A DNA stretch of 64,000 bases, taken from the NCBI GenBank assembly GCA_050633305.1, contig JBOEGF010000015.1, forward strand, positions 96,001 to 160,000. The letters are read 5' to 3'. The notes beneath the pieces are model-generated. The model worked only from the letters and a program-made list of their open reading frames with translations. It was not told where the DNA came from and did not search any database. The position numbers and the translations under genes were made by a program. This document shows, piece by piece, positions 1 through 8,962 of the stretch. How positions within the stretch are numbered: the first letter of the stretch is position 1; each line of letters opens with the position of its first letter. The stretch comes from Nannocystales bacterium. GTDB lineage: Bacteria; Myxococcota_A; Polyangia; Nannocystales; Nannocystaceae.

Positions 1-2301
1 GACACGCTCCTGGCGACGCTGGCGCGCGTGATGGCGGCCAAGGGGGACTCGATCGCCTCGCATGCGCTGCTCGAGAAGCTGACCATCGCCGAGCACGCGC
101 GAACCTACGTCTGGGTTGGGCTGAGCGTAGGGTTGCCTGACGACGCACCCGCTCTGCGAGAGGTCACGCTCCGCCTTCTTCAGACCGAGCCCGACAACCC
201 GCAAGGCCGACGGTTGTGGGCGCTTTCGGAGCTCGATGGAGCGCGACGAGACGCCCTGTCCCCCGAGGGCATAAGAGAAGTCATCGCCGCCCTGGCGGAG
301 ACCGCGGCCAAGGCCTCCGTCGGCAACCGCGATCGTCACCTCGCCGAGCTCGCGCACGCTGCCCTTCGCCTCGATTGCCTGGACGACGACGCGGTTGGGC
401 CCGTGCTGCGCCGCCTCAAAGAAGACGCGCCAGAGCCTCCACCCGAAGAGCTGAGGCTACTCGCAGCGAGACGGCACCAGCACGATGGAGAGGCCGTAGG
501 TCCCGACCTTCTCCCGACGGTCCCGCCCGTGTTCCGGGCCGACCCGGAGATCGGCGGGCCATGGGGCCCCGACCCCCAGAGCCCGCTTCGCAACGCCGAC
601 CTTCGGAGCTCGCTCCTCGCCAGTGAACGCAAACTCGTCGCGGCACAGGCCTGTTTGGGTGACTCGGAGCTACACGACCTCGCGGGAGACCTGCTCGTCG
701 AGGCCCTGGTCTTGCGCCCCGAGAATGGCCGCGCCCGCACCCTGCTGGGGGAGGCCACGCTCAAGCTTCCCGTCGACGCGAAACCGCGCCTCGAAGAACT
801 GCTCACCGCAGCGACGACCCTGCTCGCGAGCGTTCCCGGGCGGATTCACGGTGTTTCTCTCGATGGTGTCGAGCAGGCCATGACCAAGGTCGTGGCCGCC
901 CGCGAGCGGTTGGCACGCCCACTGACGATCGCGACGATGGGCGAGTTCTCGGCCGGCAAGAGCACCTTCGTCAACGCGCTACTCGGCGAGGCTGTGGCCC
1001 CGATGGGCGTGCTGCCCACGACCACCACGATCAACGTGTTCCGCCGCGGCACTGGCGGTGGTGCCCGCGTCCACTACCGCGACGGCCGTATTGGCATGAT
1101 CGACAAGGCCGACGTGCAGGAGTTCCTGCACGGCCTCGACGACGCCGAAGCGCAACGCATCCGGCACGTTGAGATCGAGCGCAGCGGTGGCCGCATGGGG
1201 GATGCCGCGGTGGTCGACACACCTGGCCTCAATGCACTCGACGAGTACCACGAGCAAGTTGCCCGCGAGTTTCTCGACGAGGCCGACGCTGTGGTCTGGG
1301 TATTCTCCGCCACGCGTAGCGGTGCCGCATCCGAAGTCGGCATGCTCACCGAGCTTCGTGAGTCGGGGCGCCAAGTGTTGGGGGTGCTCAACAAGGTCGA
1401 CACCCTCGACGAAAGCGAACAGACCGAACTCGCCACCTATTTGCGCGAGCAGCTCGGTGAAGTCCTCGTCGAGGTCGTCCCCCTCCGAGGCAATGACGCG
1501 CTGAAGTATCGGACCGAAGGCGGCGAAGGCAAGGATCCCTTCGCCGGGATCGTCACCGCCCTGGACACCCACTTCTTGCGGAAGGCCCGTGAGCTCAAGC
1601 GCAGTCTCACCGCTCGTCGCCTGCAGGAGGCTCTCGATGCTGCCAAGCTGGCAACGCTCGAGGCTGTCGAAGCACTGGAGAAGGGCGCGGACGAGGCGAG
1701 TCGATCCGCCGACCAGGACCGGCCCTCGTCGGCCGAACTCCTCATGTCCTTCGGGGACAACATCATCCCGGCCTTCCTGGGCGCCGACGATGTACTCGTT
1801 CGTGAGGGTCTTGGACTGGGCATTCTGCAGACGAAGAAGGGCCTGGCCAAGGGCCCGCTTGACCCGCTGGACGCGGAGTACCTTGGAGCCTGCATCCGGG
1901 AGTCGGTACTCGGCGCGTTGCAGAAGGCGTTGATGGAGGTTGCGGCGATCGACCCCGCCGCCAGCGAGGTTCTCGACCGCCAGTTCCTGCCCTGGGCCCG
2001 CGGCCACCTCGATGGCCTCATGTCCGCGGGGTACATCACCGACCTCCTCGCGGACCGTGGTAAGTCCATCGCCGAAGGAGAGACCGCGGCGAGGAAGGCC
2101 TTCCGCGAAGCACTGGTGCCGCTGGCCGAGGGCTGGGCGTCGCACGCTCGAACACTTGTCCAAGAGGTCGAGCGAGCTCGGCAACGCTTCGACAGATCCG
2201 CGGCTTCCAAACCCCGTGCAGAGGCGCTCCGCCTGCGCACCTCGCTCGTCACCACGCTGGACGGCCTGGCCGAGATGGCCCGGCCGCTGGCAGGTGGCTA
2301 G
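1..2301 (+). CDS. Dynamin-like GTPase with helical/TPR-like N-terminus (5' end probably outside the window)
   Basis: G1 GEFSAGKS, G2 PTT, G3 DTPG, G4 NKVD; frame is open from base 1. Confidence 0.85.
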   Translation, partial: DTLLATLARVMAAKGDSIASHALLEKLTIAEHARTYVWVGLSVGLPDDAPALREVTLRLLQTEPDNPQGRRLWALSELDGARRDALSPEGIREVIAALAETAAKASVGNRDRHLAELAHAALRLDCLDDDAVGPVLRRLKEDAPEPPPEELRLLAARRHQHDGEAVGPDLLPTVPPVFRADPEIGGPWGPDPQSPLRNADLRSSLLASERKLVAAQACLGDSELHDLAGDLLVEALVLRPENGRARTLLGEATLKLPVDAKPRLEELLTAATTLLASVPGRIHGVSLDGVEQAMTKVVAARERLARPLTIATMGEFSAGKSTFVNALLGEAVAPMGVLPTTTTINVFRRGTGGGARVHYRDGRIGMIDKADVQEFLHGLDDAEAQRIRHVEIERSGGRMGDAAVVDTPGLNALDEYHEQVAREFLDEADAVVWVFSATRSGAASEVGMLTELRESGRQVLGVLNKVDTLDESEQTELATYLREQLGEVLVEVVPLRGNDALKYRTEGGEGKDPFAGIVTALDTHFLRKARELKRSLTARRLQEALDAAKLATLEAVEALEKGADEASRSADQDRPSSAELLMSFGDNIIPAFLGADDVLVREGLGLGILQTKKGLAKGPLDPLDAEYLGACIRESVLGALQKALMEVAAIDPAASEVLDRQFLPWARGHLDGLMSAGYITDLLADRGKSIAEGETAARKAFREALVPLAEGWASHARTLVQEVERARQRFDRSAASKPRAEALRLRTSLVTTLDGLAEMARPLAGG

Positions 2302-2374
2302 TCCGAACGCACTGGCCCCGTTTGGCGTCGGTCACGCGAAGCGGCTGGCGGGCTTCGTGTAGACTCCAGCGTCG

Positions 2375-2980
2375 ATGCGGAGTGACAACGAGCTCCTTGC
2401 CGCCTGGCGGGAAGGTGACACCCGAGCGGGAAAGGAGCTTTTCGAGCGCCACTTCACCTCGCTGCGGCGGTTCTTCGCGAACAAGGTCGATCTTCACGAG
2501 GTCGAGGACCTGATGCAGCGCAGCTTCATGGGCTGCGTCGAGGCGGTCGAACGCTTCCGCGGGGACTCCTCGTTCCGTACCTTCCTCTTTGCCATTGGCC
2601 GGCGCCAGCTCTACAAGCACTTCCGCGACCAGCGAGTGAAGGATGGCCGGCGGGCGGATGACTTCAGCGTGACCTCCGTGGCTGAGCTCGGCCGCACTCC
2701 GAGCTCCGTCATGGGCGCCCAGCAAGAGGAGGCCCTGATGCTGCAGGCGTTGCAGAGGATCAGCGTCGATCACCAAACCGTGCTCGAGCTGCACTACTGG
2801 GAGCAACTCTCCACAGAAGAGATCGCCCAAGTTTGCGACATCGCACCGGGCACCGTTCGAACGCGCCTTCACCGTGCGAGGCACGCTCTCCGGGAAACCC
2901 TCGAGGCGGACCTCAAGACACGCGGACGCTCGGTCGAAGACCTCGATGTCGACGCCGCGGCGGTCGCCGCTCGACCGTAG
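2375..2980 (+). CDS. ECF RNA polymerase sigma factor
   Basis: Region 2 (EDLMQ..F, FRGDSSFRTFLFAI) and region 4 (EIAQVCDIAPGTVRTRLHRAR). Confidence 0.92.
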   Translation: MRSDNELLAAWREGDTRAGKELFERHFTSLRRFFANKVDLHEVEDLMQRSFMGCVEAVERFRGDSSFRTFLFAIGRRQLYKHFRDQRVKDGRRADDFSVTSVAELGRTPSSVMGAQQEEALMLQALQRISVDHQTVLELHYWEQLSTEEIAQVCDIAPGTVRTRLHRARHALRETLEADLKTRGRSVEDLDVDAAAVAARP

Positions 2981-3236
2981 TCTTCGGCGAGACCAGTGAG
3001 ACCCAAGGTCGATGTGCCCTGCAGGGATTGGAGAGCTCGACACACGCCCCGCGGTGGCCAGCAGTCCTGCAAACGGCTTCGACAACGAGTCAGGCGTCCA
3101 AGCCATGTTCGAGTTTGCAGCAATGCCCGCGTCGGGTTGTGCATCCGGTCGCTTGGAGCTCATGCCGTTGGCCGCCTAGGGCACGAACGTCAGGGCGCTT
3201 TGACCGTAGACGCGAACTAGCGCAGGCTCGCCGCCG

Positions 3237-3896
3237 ATGAGCGGAAAGCGGACGTTTGGCGCTGATGAGGCGGGTCGCGGCCCGATCCTCGGGCCCATGG
3301 TCATTGCGGTCGTCGGCCTGGACCGAGGCGCGTCCATCTCGCTCGCGAAGCGAGGCGTCTGCGACAGCAAGGGATTCGGGGCAGGGGAGGCAGCGCGTCG
3401 GAAACGCCGCGAGCTGGCGCAAATCGTCCGGGAGCGGGCGCCGCTCCACCGCGTCCGGATCATCGGGGCCGACGAGGTGGACCGATACACATTCCGAGGC
3501 CTCCTCAACGCCCTGGAACGGGAAGTTGTCCATGACCTCCTGGTTGAACTTGGCGCCGGAGCTCCCGACCGCATCGTCTGCGACGGGGCCAACATGTTTG
3601 CGCCGCTTCGGAAGTTCTTCCCCCAGCTCGAGGCGGTCAACAAGGGGGAGTCGAAGCATGTGTCGGTGGCGGCGGCCTCCATCCTCGCGAAGGACGCCCG
3701 TGACGACGCGTTCGCCGAGATCGCTTCACGCTACGAGGGGGAGTTCGGACCGCTCCGTGGCGGCGGATACCTCAACGACGCCACACGGACTTTCCTCGAG
3801 GCCTACCAGGCCAAGCACGGTGCTCTGCCCCCCGAGGCCCGCAAGAGCTGGGGTGCACAGAAGGTGTCCACGGCCCAGGTCGGGATCTTCGACTGA
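3237..3896 (+). CDS. rnhB: Ribonuclease HII
   Basis: GADEAGRGP, DSK and VAAASILAK motifs. Confidence 0.92.
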   Translation: MSGKRTFGADEAGRGPILGPMVIAVVGLDRGASISLAKRGVCDSKGFGAGEAARRKRRELAQIVRERAPLHRVRIIGADEVDRYTFRGLLNALEREVVHDLLVELGAGAPDRIVCDGANMFAPLRKFFPQLEAVNKGESKHVSVAAASILAKDARDDAFAEIASRYEGEFGPLRGGGYLNDATRTFLEAYQAKHGALPPEARKSWGAQKVSTAQVGIFD

Positions 3897-3952
3897 GCCG
3901 CTGGGACTTGCCCGCTGGACAGGTCCGAGCATCACATGTCCGGTGAGGACAT

Positions 3953-5005
3953 CTACGGAGACTTGAACGGATCCATGGACTCGTCAAAGTCCATCGACTT
4001 CTTCCGCTTGCGCGAGGCCTTCTTCTTTGGCCTGCGAGCGCGCGGCTTGGACGGCTCGTCTTCGGCTCGCGTGTCAGCGAACTTGACCGCATCCTCGTCG
4101 AGTTCGCGGGCCTTGTCGAAGTACTCGTCGGCCGCCGCGCTGTTGCCGTCGTTGCGCTTGCACAACCCCAACCCAACGTAGGCACGGGCGCGAACACTGT
4201 CGTTCCCATCATCGAGCGCGCGGGCGTAGTGATTGCGAGCGGAGAAGCAGTCGCCGCCTTCTCTCGCGGAGTCCCCCTCCTCGATGGCGTTCCAGCCCTT
4301 CGCAGAAACCGTCGCTTTGTCTTCGCTCCCGGCCGCGTCGAGAGCCGCACCGGGGGTGGCCGGGCTCAGGTCCCGTGCTGGTTCCGGTGACGGCGTGGTG
4401 GGTGCGACGCGCTTCCCGGCGCCGCTGCGTTTGGCCGGGGCTGAAGCCGTGGCCGGAGGTTCGGCGGGCGGCGCCAGGGCAGCGCCATAGTTGGCGTCAC
4501 CCGGTGATGGCTGGTTCGCCACCGGTGGAACGGATTCTTCGGCCTCCGCGGCACCCTGCTCATGCGCGGCAGGGACCTCGGCACGAACCTGCGAGGCATC
4601 ATCGTTCACCGCCACAGCCCCAGCCTTCTCGGGCTGCGGACTGTCGGCGGCCATCGGACTGACCAAGATCAGAACCAGCGCTGCGGACCCAGCCACTGCA
4701 AGCCCAGGGATCAGCCACGCCCCTCGGAGGCGAGCCCAGAAGCTCGGCGCCACCGGGCTCTCCGGCGTTGGCGTGATGATGTCCGTTGCAGACATTCTGG
4801 CCTCAGAGAGCACTCCGTCCAGGATGCCGGGGCGCACGTCCTCCAAGGGCAGGGCCTCGCGGGACGCCTGGAGGATCAGCTGGAAGTCGGCGAGCCGGTT
4901 CGAGACCGCCTCGGAAGGATCGTGCAGGTCTTCGAGCTCTTCGAGTCCCTCGAGGGCATCTTCGAGCCGGTCGAGCTCGTCGGGTCCAAGGCGTGCTTCA
5001 GCCAT
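3953..5005 (-). CDS. Putative membrane anti-sigma factor with C-terminal TPR-like region
   Basis: Overlaps the stop of the ECF sigma gene; one TM helix, Pro/Ala linker, TPR-like helices. Confidence 0.65.
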   Translation of the reverse strand: MAEARLGPDELDRLEDALEGLEELEDLHDPSEAVSNRLADFQLILQASREALPLEDVRPGILDGVLSEARMSATDIITPTPESPVAPSFWARLRGAWLIPGLAVAGSAALVLILVSPMAADSPQPEKAGAVAVNDDASQVRAEVPAAHEQGAAEAEESVPPVANQPSPGDANYGAALAPPAEPPATASAPAKRSGAGKRVAPTTPSPEPARDLSPATPGAALDAAGSEDKATVSAKGWNAIEEGDSAREGGDCFSARNHYARALDDGNDSVRARAYVGLGLCKRNDGNSAAADEYFDKARELDEDAVKFADTRAEDEPSKPRARRPKKKASRKRKKSMDFDESMDPFKSP

Positions 5006-5675
5006 GCGAGCATCCCTCGCTGACCCCGGCGGCGGGCGCGACGATTCCGGCATGGAGCTCGGAGAGCTCTCCCCGGAGTTTCTCCAGGGCGTATCGCATG
5101 CGGCTCTTCACGGTGTTCTCGGGCGCGCCAACAGCATCGCCGATCTCGCGGAACGATAGGCCACCCAGCTGCCGCATCAAGAAAACCTCGCGTTGGTCCG
5201 GTGGGAGACGGCTCACCGCGCTTGCGAGCTGGGCGCGCAGGCGCACGGCCTCCGCCCGTGCATCGGTAGGAACAGCTTGGGCCTGAAGTCCAGACATCAA
5301 GGAACGGCTGCCGTCTGCGCCCCTGGGCGCGTCCAGCGACTCATGATCGCGGAACCGCGCCCGGCGGCTCTCGTCGACACAGAGGTTTCTCGCGATGGTG
5401 TACATCCACGTCGTGAACTTCGCAGAGCGCCGATAGCGGTGCTTGGAGCGGATCACGCGGACGAGCACATCTTGTAACAACTCCTCGGCCCGGGGCGCGT
5501 TCTGCACACTGCGGAGTAGGAAGTTGTAGAGGCCGCGGCTGTGACGCCGGATCAGGTGGTCCAGAGCCTCGGCCTCCCCGTCGGCGAACGCCTCCATCAG
5601 CGACTCATCCGAACGGGCGTCGGTATCACTCCGGGGCTGGAGCGTCGCAGGGGCGGGTTTGCTGGCGGCTGACAT
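4998..5675 (-). CDS. ECF RNA polymerase sigma factor
   Basis: AEELLQD, FTTWMYTIARN, LSFREIG..TVKSRMRYA; start chosen at MSAASK (uncertain). Confidence 0.92.
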   Translation of the reverse strand: MSAASKPAPATLQPRSDTDARSDESLMEAFADGEAEALDHLIRRHSRGLYNFLLRSVQNAPRAEELLQDVLVRVIRSKHRYRRSAKFTTWMYTIARNLCVDESRRARFRDHESLDAPRGADGSRSLMSGLQAQAVPTDARAEAVRLRAQLASAVSRLPPDQREVFLMRQLGGLSFREIGDAVGAPENTVKSRMRYALEKLRGELSELHAGIVAPAAGVSEGCSHG

Positions 5676-5863
5676 GGTTTTCGCGGGACGGCGCCGCTCT
5701 GTTCGGACAGAGGGCGTGTTCAAGGGGATAAAGGACTCCCAGTTGGCGACCGTGGCGGGCATGACGCAGGCTCTGCGGCTACCAACGGGCAAGGTCCGGG
5801 GTTGATCTGTCGGAATCGGAACGTTGGCCGGGGGACATCGCTTTCGGCCACGCCCAGTCATGT

Positions 5864-6008
5864 TTTTGACGGGAGCGTCAAAAGCGCCCACCCGACCGTC
5901 ATCGTTCCAGCCCGGGCCGTCAGATCTTTGACGAGGCCCGGTTTGGTACGGCCAACCGTCAGGTTGCTGGCGTCAAGATCAGAACGATCGGGTGGCGCGA
6001 GCGCGTCA
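5864..6008. promoter_or_regulatory. Palindrome TTTTGACG-N4-CGTCAAAA plus cluster of CGTCA/TGACG half-sites
   Basis: Palindrome 5864-5883; CGTCA at 5876, 5897, 5918, 5957, 5971, 6004; TGACG at 5867 and 5929. Confidence 0.5.
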
Positions 6009-6057
6009 CGATCGAGGTAGGCCCCAAGAAAGACATAATCGGCCGTCGAGATCCGAG

Positions 6058-6074
6058 TTGGTACGGCAGGTGCA
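6058..6074 (+). promoter_or_regulatory. Sigma54-type -24/-12 promoter
   Basis: TTGGTACGGCAGGTGCA has exact GG-N10-GC spacing, close to consensus TGGCACG-N4-TTGC. Confidence 0.55.
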
Positions 6075-6084
6075 CAAGATATGT

Positions 6085-6225
6085 CCCGTCTCCCGACACG
6101 GATGGGAGCCCTGCAACACAAACCGAAACCACAACCTCGTGTCCGAACGGGTCATGTCTCCCCCGGCCTTCCCCATTCGCGGCACACTGACCGAAAGCCC
6201 CCTCCTGACGAGGGGGTTTTCGTTT
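6085..6225 (+). ncRNA. Candidate small RNA (about 140 nt)
   Basis: Lies between the sigma54-like promoter and an intrinsic terminator; no convincing ORF. Confidence 0.4.
6192..6225. terminator. Intrinsic terminator, possibly bidirectional
   Basis: CGAAAGCCCCCTC-ctgac-GAGGGGGTTTTCG then TTT; also just downstream of mutM. Confidence 0.8.
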
Positions 6226-6244
6226 GGTTGAGGGTTGGCCGGGC

Positions 6245-7102
6245 TCAGCTTCGGCGGCGGCTCGGTTGGCAGGAGCGACAGGTCACCCCGCTTCGGCCAG
6301 CGTGAACGTAGCCATGGAGCGTCGTGCCGCAGGTGGAGCAGGCCTGTCCCGCACGGCCATAGACCCGCAACGCGGACTGGTTGCGTCCCCGCTCACCTTG
6401 CGAGCCACGGTAGTCGCGGAGCGTCGTGCCCCCGTTTTTGATGCCTTGCCGCAGGACATCCACGATGGCGACCGTCAATCGCTGCCAAGCCGATGACCGG
6501 AGGTCCACGGCGCGCACGAGCGGAGGTAGTCCCGCGAGGTGGAGCGCCTCGCTGACGTAAATGTTGCCGAGACCGGCAACGACACGCTGGTCGAGCAAGA
6601 CTTCTCGGATCGCGCGCTTGGACCGGCCCCCTCGGGCTTGGAGAATCTCCGCCGTGAAGGCGGCACCGAGAGGCTCGGGGCCCAACGAGGCGAGCGGCCC
6701 GACCTCATCGAGCCGGGTGAGCGTATCCACATGCACCCCGCCAAAGCGTCGCGCATCGGTGTAGCGCAGAGAAGGACCGCCACCGACAGAGATCTCCAGA
6801 TGCGTATGAGGAGCCCGAGACGCCCCTGGCTCGCACACGGTCAAGCGGCCCGTCATTCCAAGGTGGATCACCGCCGCCAGCGGAACCTGTTTGCGGGAGG
6901 CCAGCCGCCACAACAGGAACTTCCCGCGGCGCTCGAATGCACTGGTTTGCGCTCCCTCGAGGAGATGGAGCCGCTCATCTCTCCAGAAGGCGCCTGTGCG
7001 AAGGGCGAGCTTCGAACGCCAGACGGAGGTTATGACCTTGGAAGACAGGTCGGCACCGGCAAGTCCGCGCCGGACACACTCGACCTCGGGGAGTTCAGGC
7101 AT
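6245..7102 (-). CDS. mutM: Formamidopyrimidine-DNA glycosylase
   Basis: MPELPEVE, RRGK, HLGMTG, GLGNIY, C-terminal zinc finger. Confidence 0.97.
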   Translation of the reverse strand: MPELPEVECVRRGLAGADLSSKVITSVWRSKLALRTGAFWRDERLHLLEGAQTSAFERRGKFLLWRLASRKQVPLAAVIHLGMTGRLTVCEPGASRAPHTHLEISVGGGPSLRYTDARRFGGVHVDTLTRLDEVGPLASLGPEPLGAAFTAEILQARGGRSKRAIREVLLDQRVVAGLGNIYVSEALHLAGLPPLVRAVDLRSSAWQRLTVAIVDVLRQGIKNGGTTLRDYRGSQGERGRNQSALRVYGRAGQACSTCGTTLHGYVHAGRSGVTCRSCQPSRRRS

Positions 7103-7919
7103 CACGAGCCCGGGCGATGGCGGCAAACCCTTCGACCGTGACCCGTTCGGGGCGTAGCTTGTGGTCAACCCCGGCGGTCTCGCACCAAGCCTCGACCTCG
7201 TCCCGGCTGCCCAAGGGGCGCAGCGCGTTGCTCAAGGTCTTACGCCGCATCTGGAACGCAGTGCGGACCAGGGCGAGAAAACGAGCTTCGTCCGGCACTT
7301 CGCCCCGCGGTGTTTCCCGCCGAGCGAGCATCACTACGGAGGAGTCGACCTTCGGCGGCGGGGCGAAGGCTCCAGGCGGCACATGCATCACCATCGAGAT
7401 GTCGCGGACGCGAGAGAGGCCCACCGTGACCCCGCCGTACGTCTTGTTTCCGGGGGAGGCGCACAGACGTTGAGCGACCTCCTTCTGGATGAGGATCACC
7501 CACGCGCCCGTGACGGCCTGCGCTTCCAACATTCGGAAGAGCAGGGGACCGGTGAGGTGGTAGGGGAGGTTACCCGCGATGTTGGGACGAACCCCATCCT
7601 CGGCCGCGGATGCGTAGTCGAACTTGACCGCGTCAGCTTCGTGGAGCTTGAAGTTGGGTTGCTCGCCAAACTCCTTGCGGAGCACCTCGCACAGATCGCG
7701 ATCCCGCTCGATCGACCACACGTCGGCGCCGGCCTCGAGGAGGTGCGCGGTCAGGGTGCCGAGGCCAGATCCGATCTCGACCACGCGCTGTCCCTCGCGG
7801 GCACCCACGCTCCTGGCGATGGTTGCGTGCACGTGCATCGCGTGGAGAAAGTGTTGTCCCCAGCTCTTGCGAGCCTCTAGTCCGTGGCGGCGTAGAACGG
7901 TGACGGGAGATTCGATCAT
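7095..7919 (-). CDS. rsmA: 16S rRNA adenine dimethyltransferase
   Basis: GQHFL, EIGSGLG, NLPY, PPPKVDS, RRKTL. Confidence 0.97.
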   Translation of the reverse strand: MIESPVTVLRRHGLEARKSWGQHFLHAMHVHATIARSVGAREGQRVVEIGSGLGTLTAHLLEAGADVWSIERDRDLCEVLRKEFGEQPNFKLHEADAVKFDYASAAEDGVRPNIAGNLPYHLTGPLLFRMLEAQAVTGAWVILIQKEVAQRLCASPGNKTYGGVTVGLSRVRDISMVMHVPPGAFAPPPKVDSSVVMLARRETPRGEVPDEARFLALVRTAFQMRRKTLSNALRPLGSRDEVEAWCETAGVDHKLRPERVTVEGFAAIARARDA

Positions 7920-8962
7920 GCGAACACCACTCGGTCGTCGTCGATGGGGAGGTTCGTGTAGACGTCGACGCCCGGGTCAACGTCCGCGAGGACACGTGCT
8001 GCTGCGGCGGCGCCGATCATCGCAGCGTTGTCGCCACAGTACCGAAGCGGCGGCACCCGAACCTCGAACCCGTCCTCGGCTCCCCGTGCCGCGGCGCACT
8101 CGCGTAGTCCTCGGTTCGCGGCGACACCTCCGACGATGTTGAGGCGCTTGAGCCCGGTGCGCTTGAGCGCACGAGCGGCCTTTGCGACCAGGATATCCGA
8201 GACCGCAGCTTGGAAAGACGCACAGACATCCGCCAACGCCTGGCGGGAGTCGGGGGCGCCCTTGCGCTCCACATGCACGAGCACGGCGGTCTTGAGTCCG
8301 GCGAACGAGAACTCAAACCCGGGCTGTTTGAGCATTGGGCGAGGGAACGCGTGCGCCTTCGGGTCGCCCTCGGTCGCGAGTTGGTCGATGACGGGACCAC
8401 CCGGGTAGCCGAGTCCGAGAAGCTTTCCGACCTTGTCGTACGCCTCCCCAGCGGCGTCATCGCGGGTGGAACCGAGCACACGGTAGCGGCCCACAGCGCG
8501 AACCTCGACCAGCTCGGTATGTCCCCCGGAGACAAGCATCGCGACGTGAGGCATGAACGCCGCCGGCTCGAGTTCGGCGTCGCCCAAGTAGGCCGACCAC
8601 AGGTGGCCCTCCATGTGGTGGATCCCGTATAGCGGTTTTCCCGTCGCAAACGAGAGACCTCGGCCCATCTGCACGGCGACAAGCAACGCCCCGCTGAGCC
8701 CTGGGCCTTCGGTCACCGCCAGCGCATCAATGTCCTGGAGGGACACGCCCGCGGCGGCAAGTGCTTGCTCGGAGACAGCTGTGATCGACCCGAGGTGATG
8801 CCGCGACGCGAGCTCGGGGACCACCCCGCCGAACTGTCGGTGGATCTCGATCTGCGTGCTGACGATGCTCGAGCGTACACGTGTGCCCGTGACAACAGCA
8901 GCAGCCGTCTCGTCGCAGCTGCTCTCCAATGCGAGGACGGTGGGCTCGGAACGGGCGCTCAT
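7916..8962 (-). CDS. tsaD: tRNA N6-threonylcarbamoyltransferase
   Basis: [39 protein letters not shown]. Confidence 0.97.
   Translation of the reverse strand: MSARSEPTVLALESSCDETAAAVVTGTRVRSSIVSTQIEIHRQFGGVVPELASRHHLGSITAVSEQALAAAGVSLQDIDALAVTEGPGLSGALLVAVQMGRGLSFATGKPLYGIHHMEGHLWSAYLGDAELEPAAFMPHVAMLVSGGHTELVEVRAVGRYRVLGSTRDDAAGEAYDKVGKLLGLGYPGGPVIDQLATEGDPKAHAFPRPMLKQPGFEFSFAGLKTAVLVHVERKGAPDSRQALADVCASFQAAVSDILVAKAARALKRTGLKRLNIVGGVAANRGLRECAAARGAEDGFEVRVPPLRYCGDNAAMIGAAAAARVLADVDPGVDVYTNLPIDDDRVVFA

Noticed and set aside
5884..5998. Long hairpin as 6S RNA or riboswitch
   Set aside because: Partial pairing is possible, but I recognise no family motif; repeated half-sites explain it more simply
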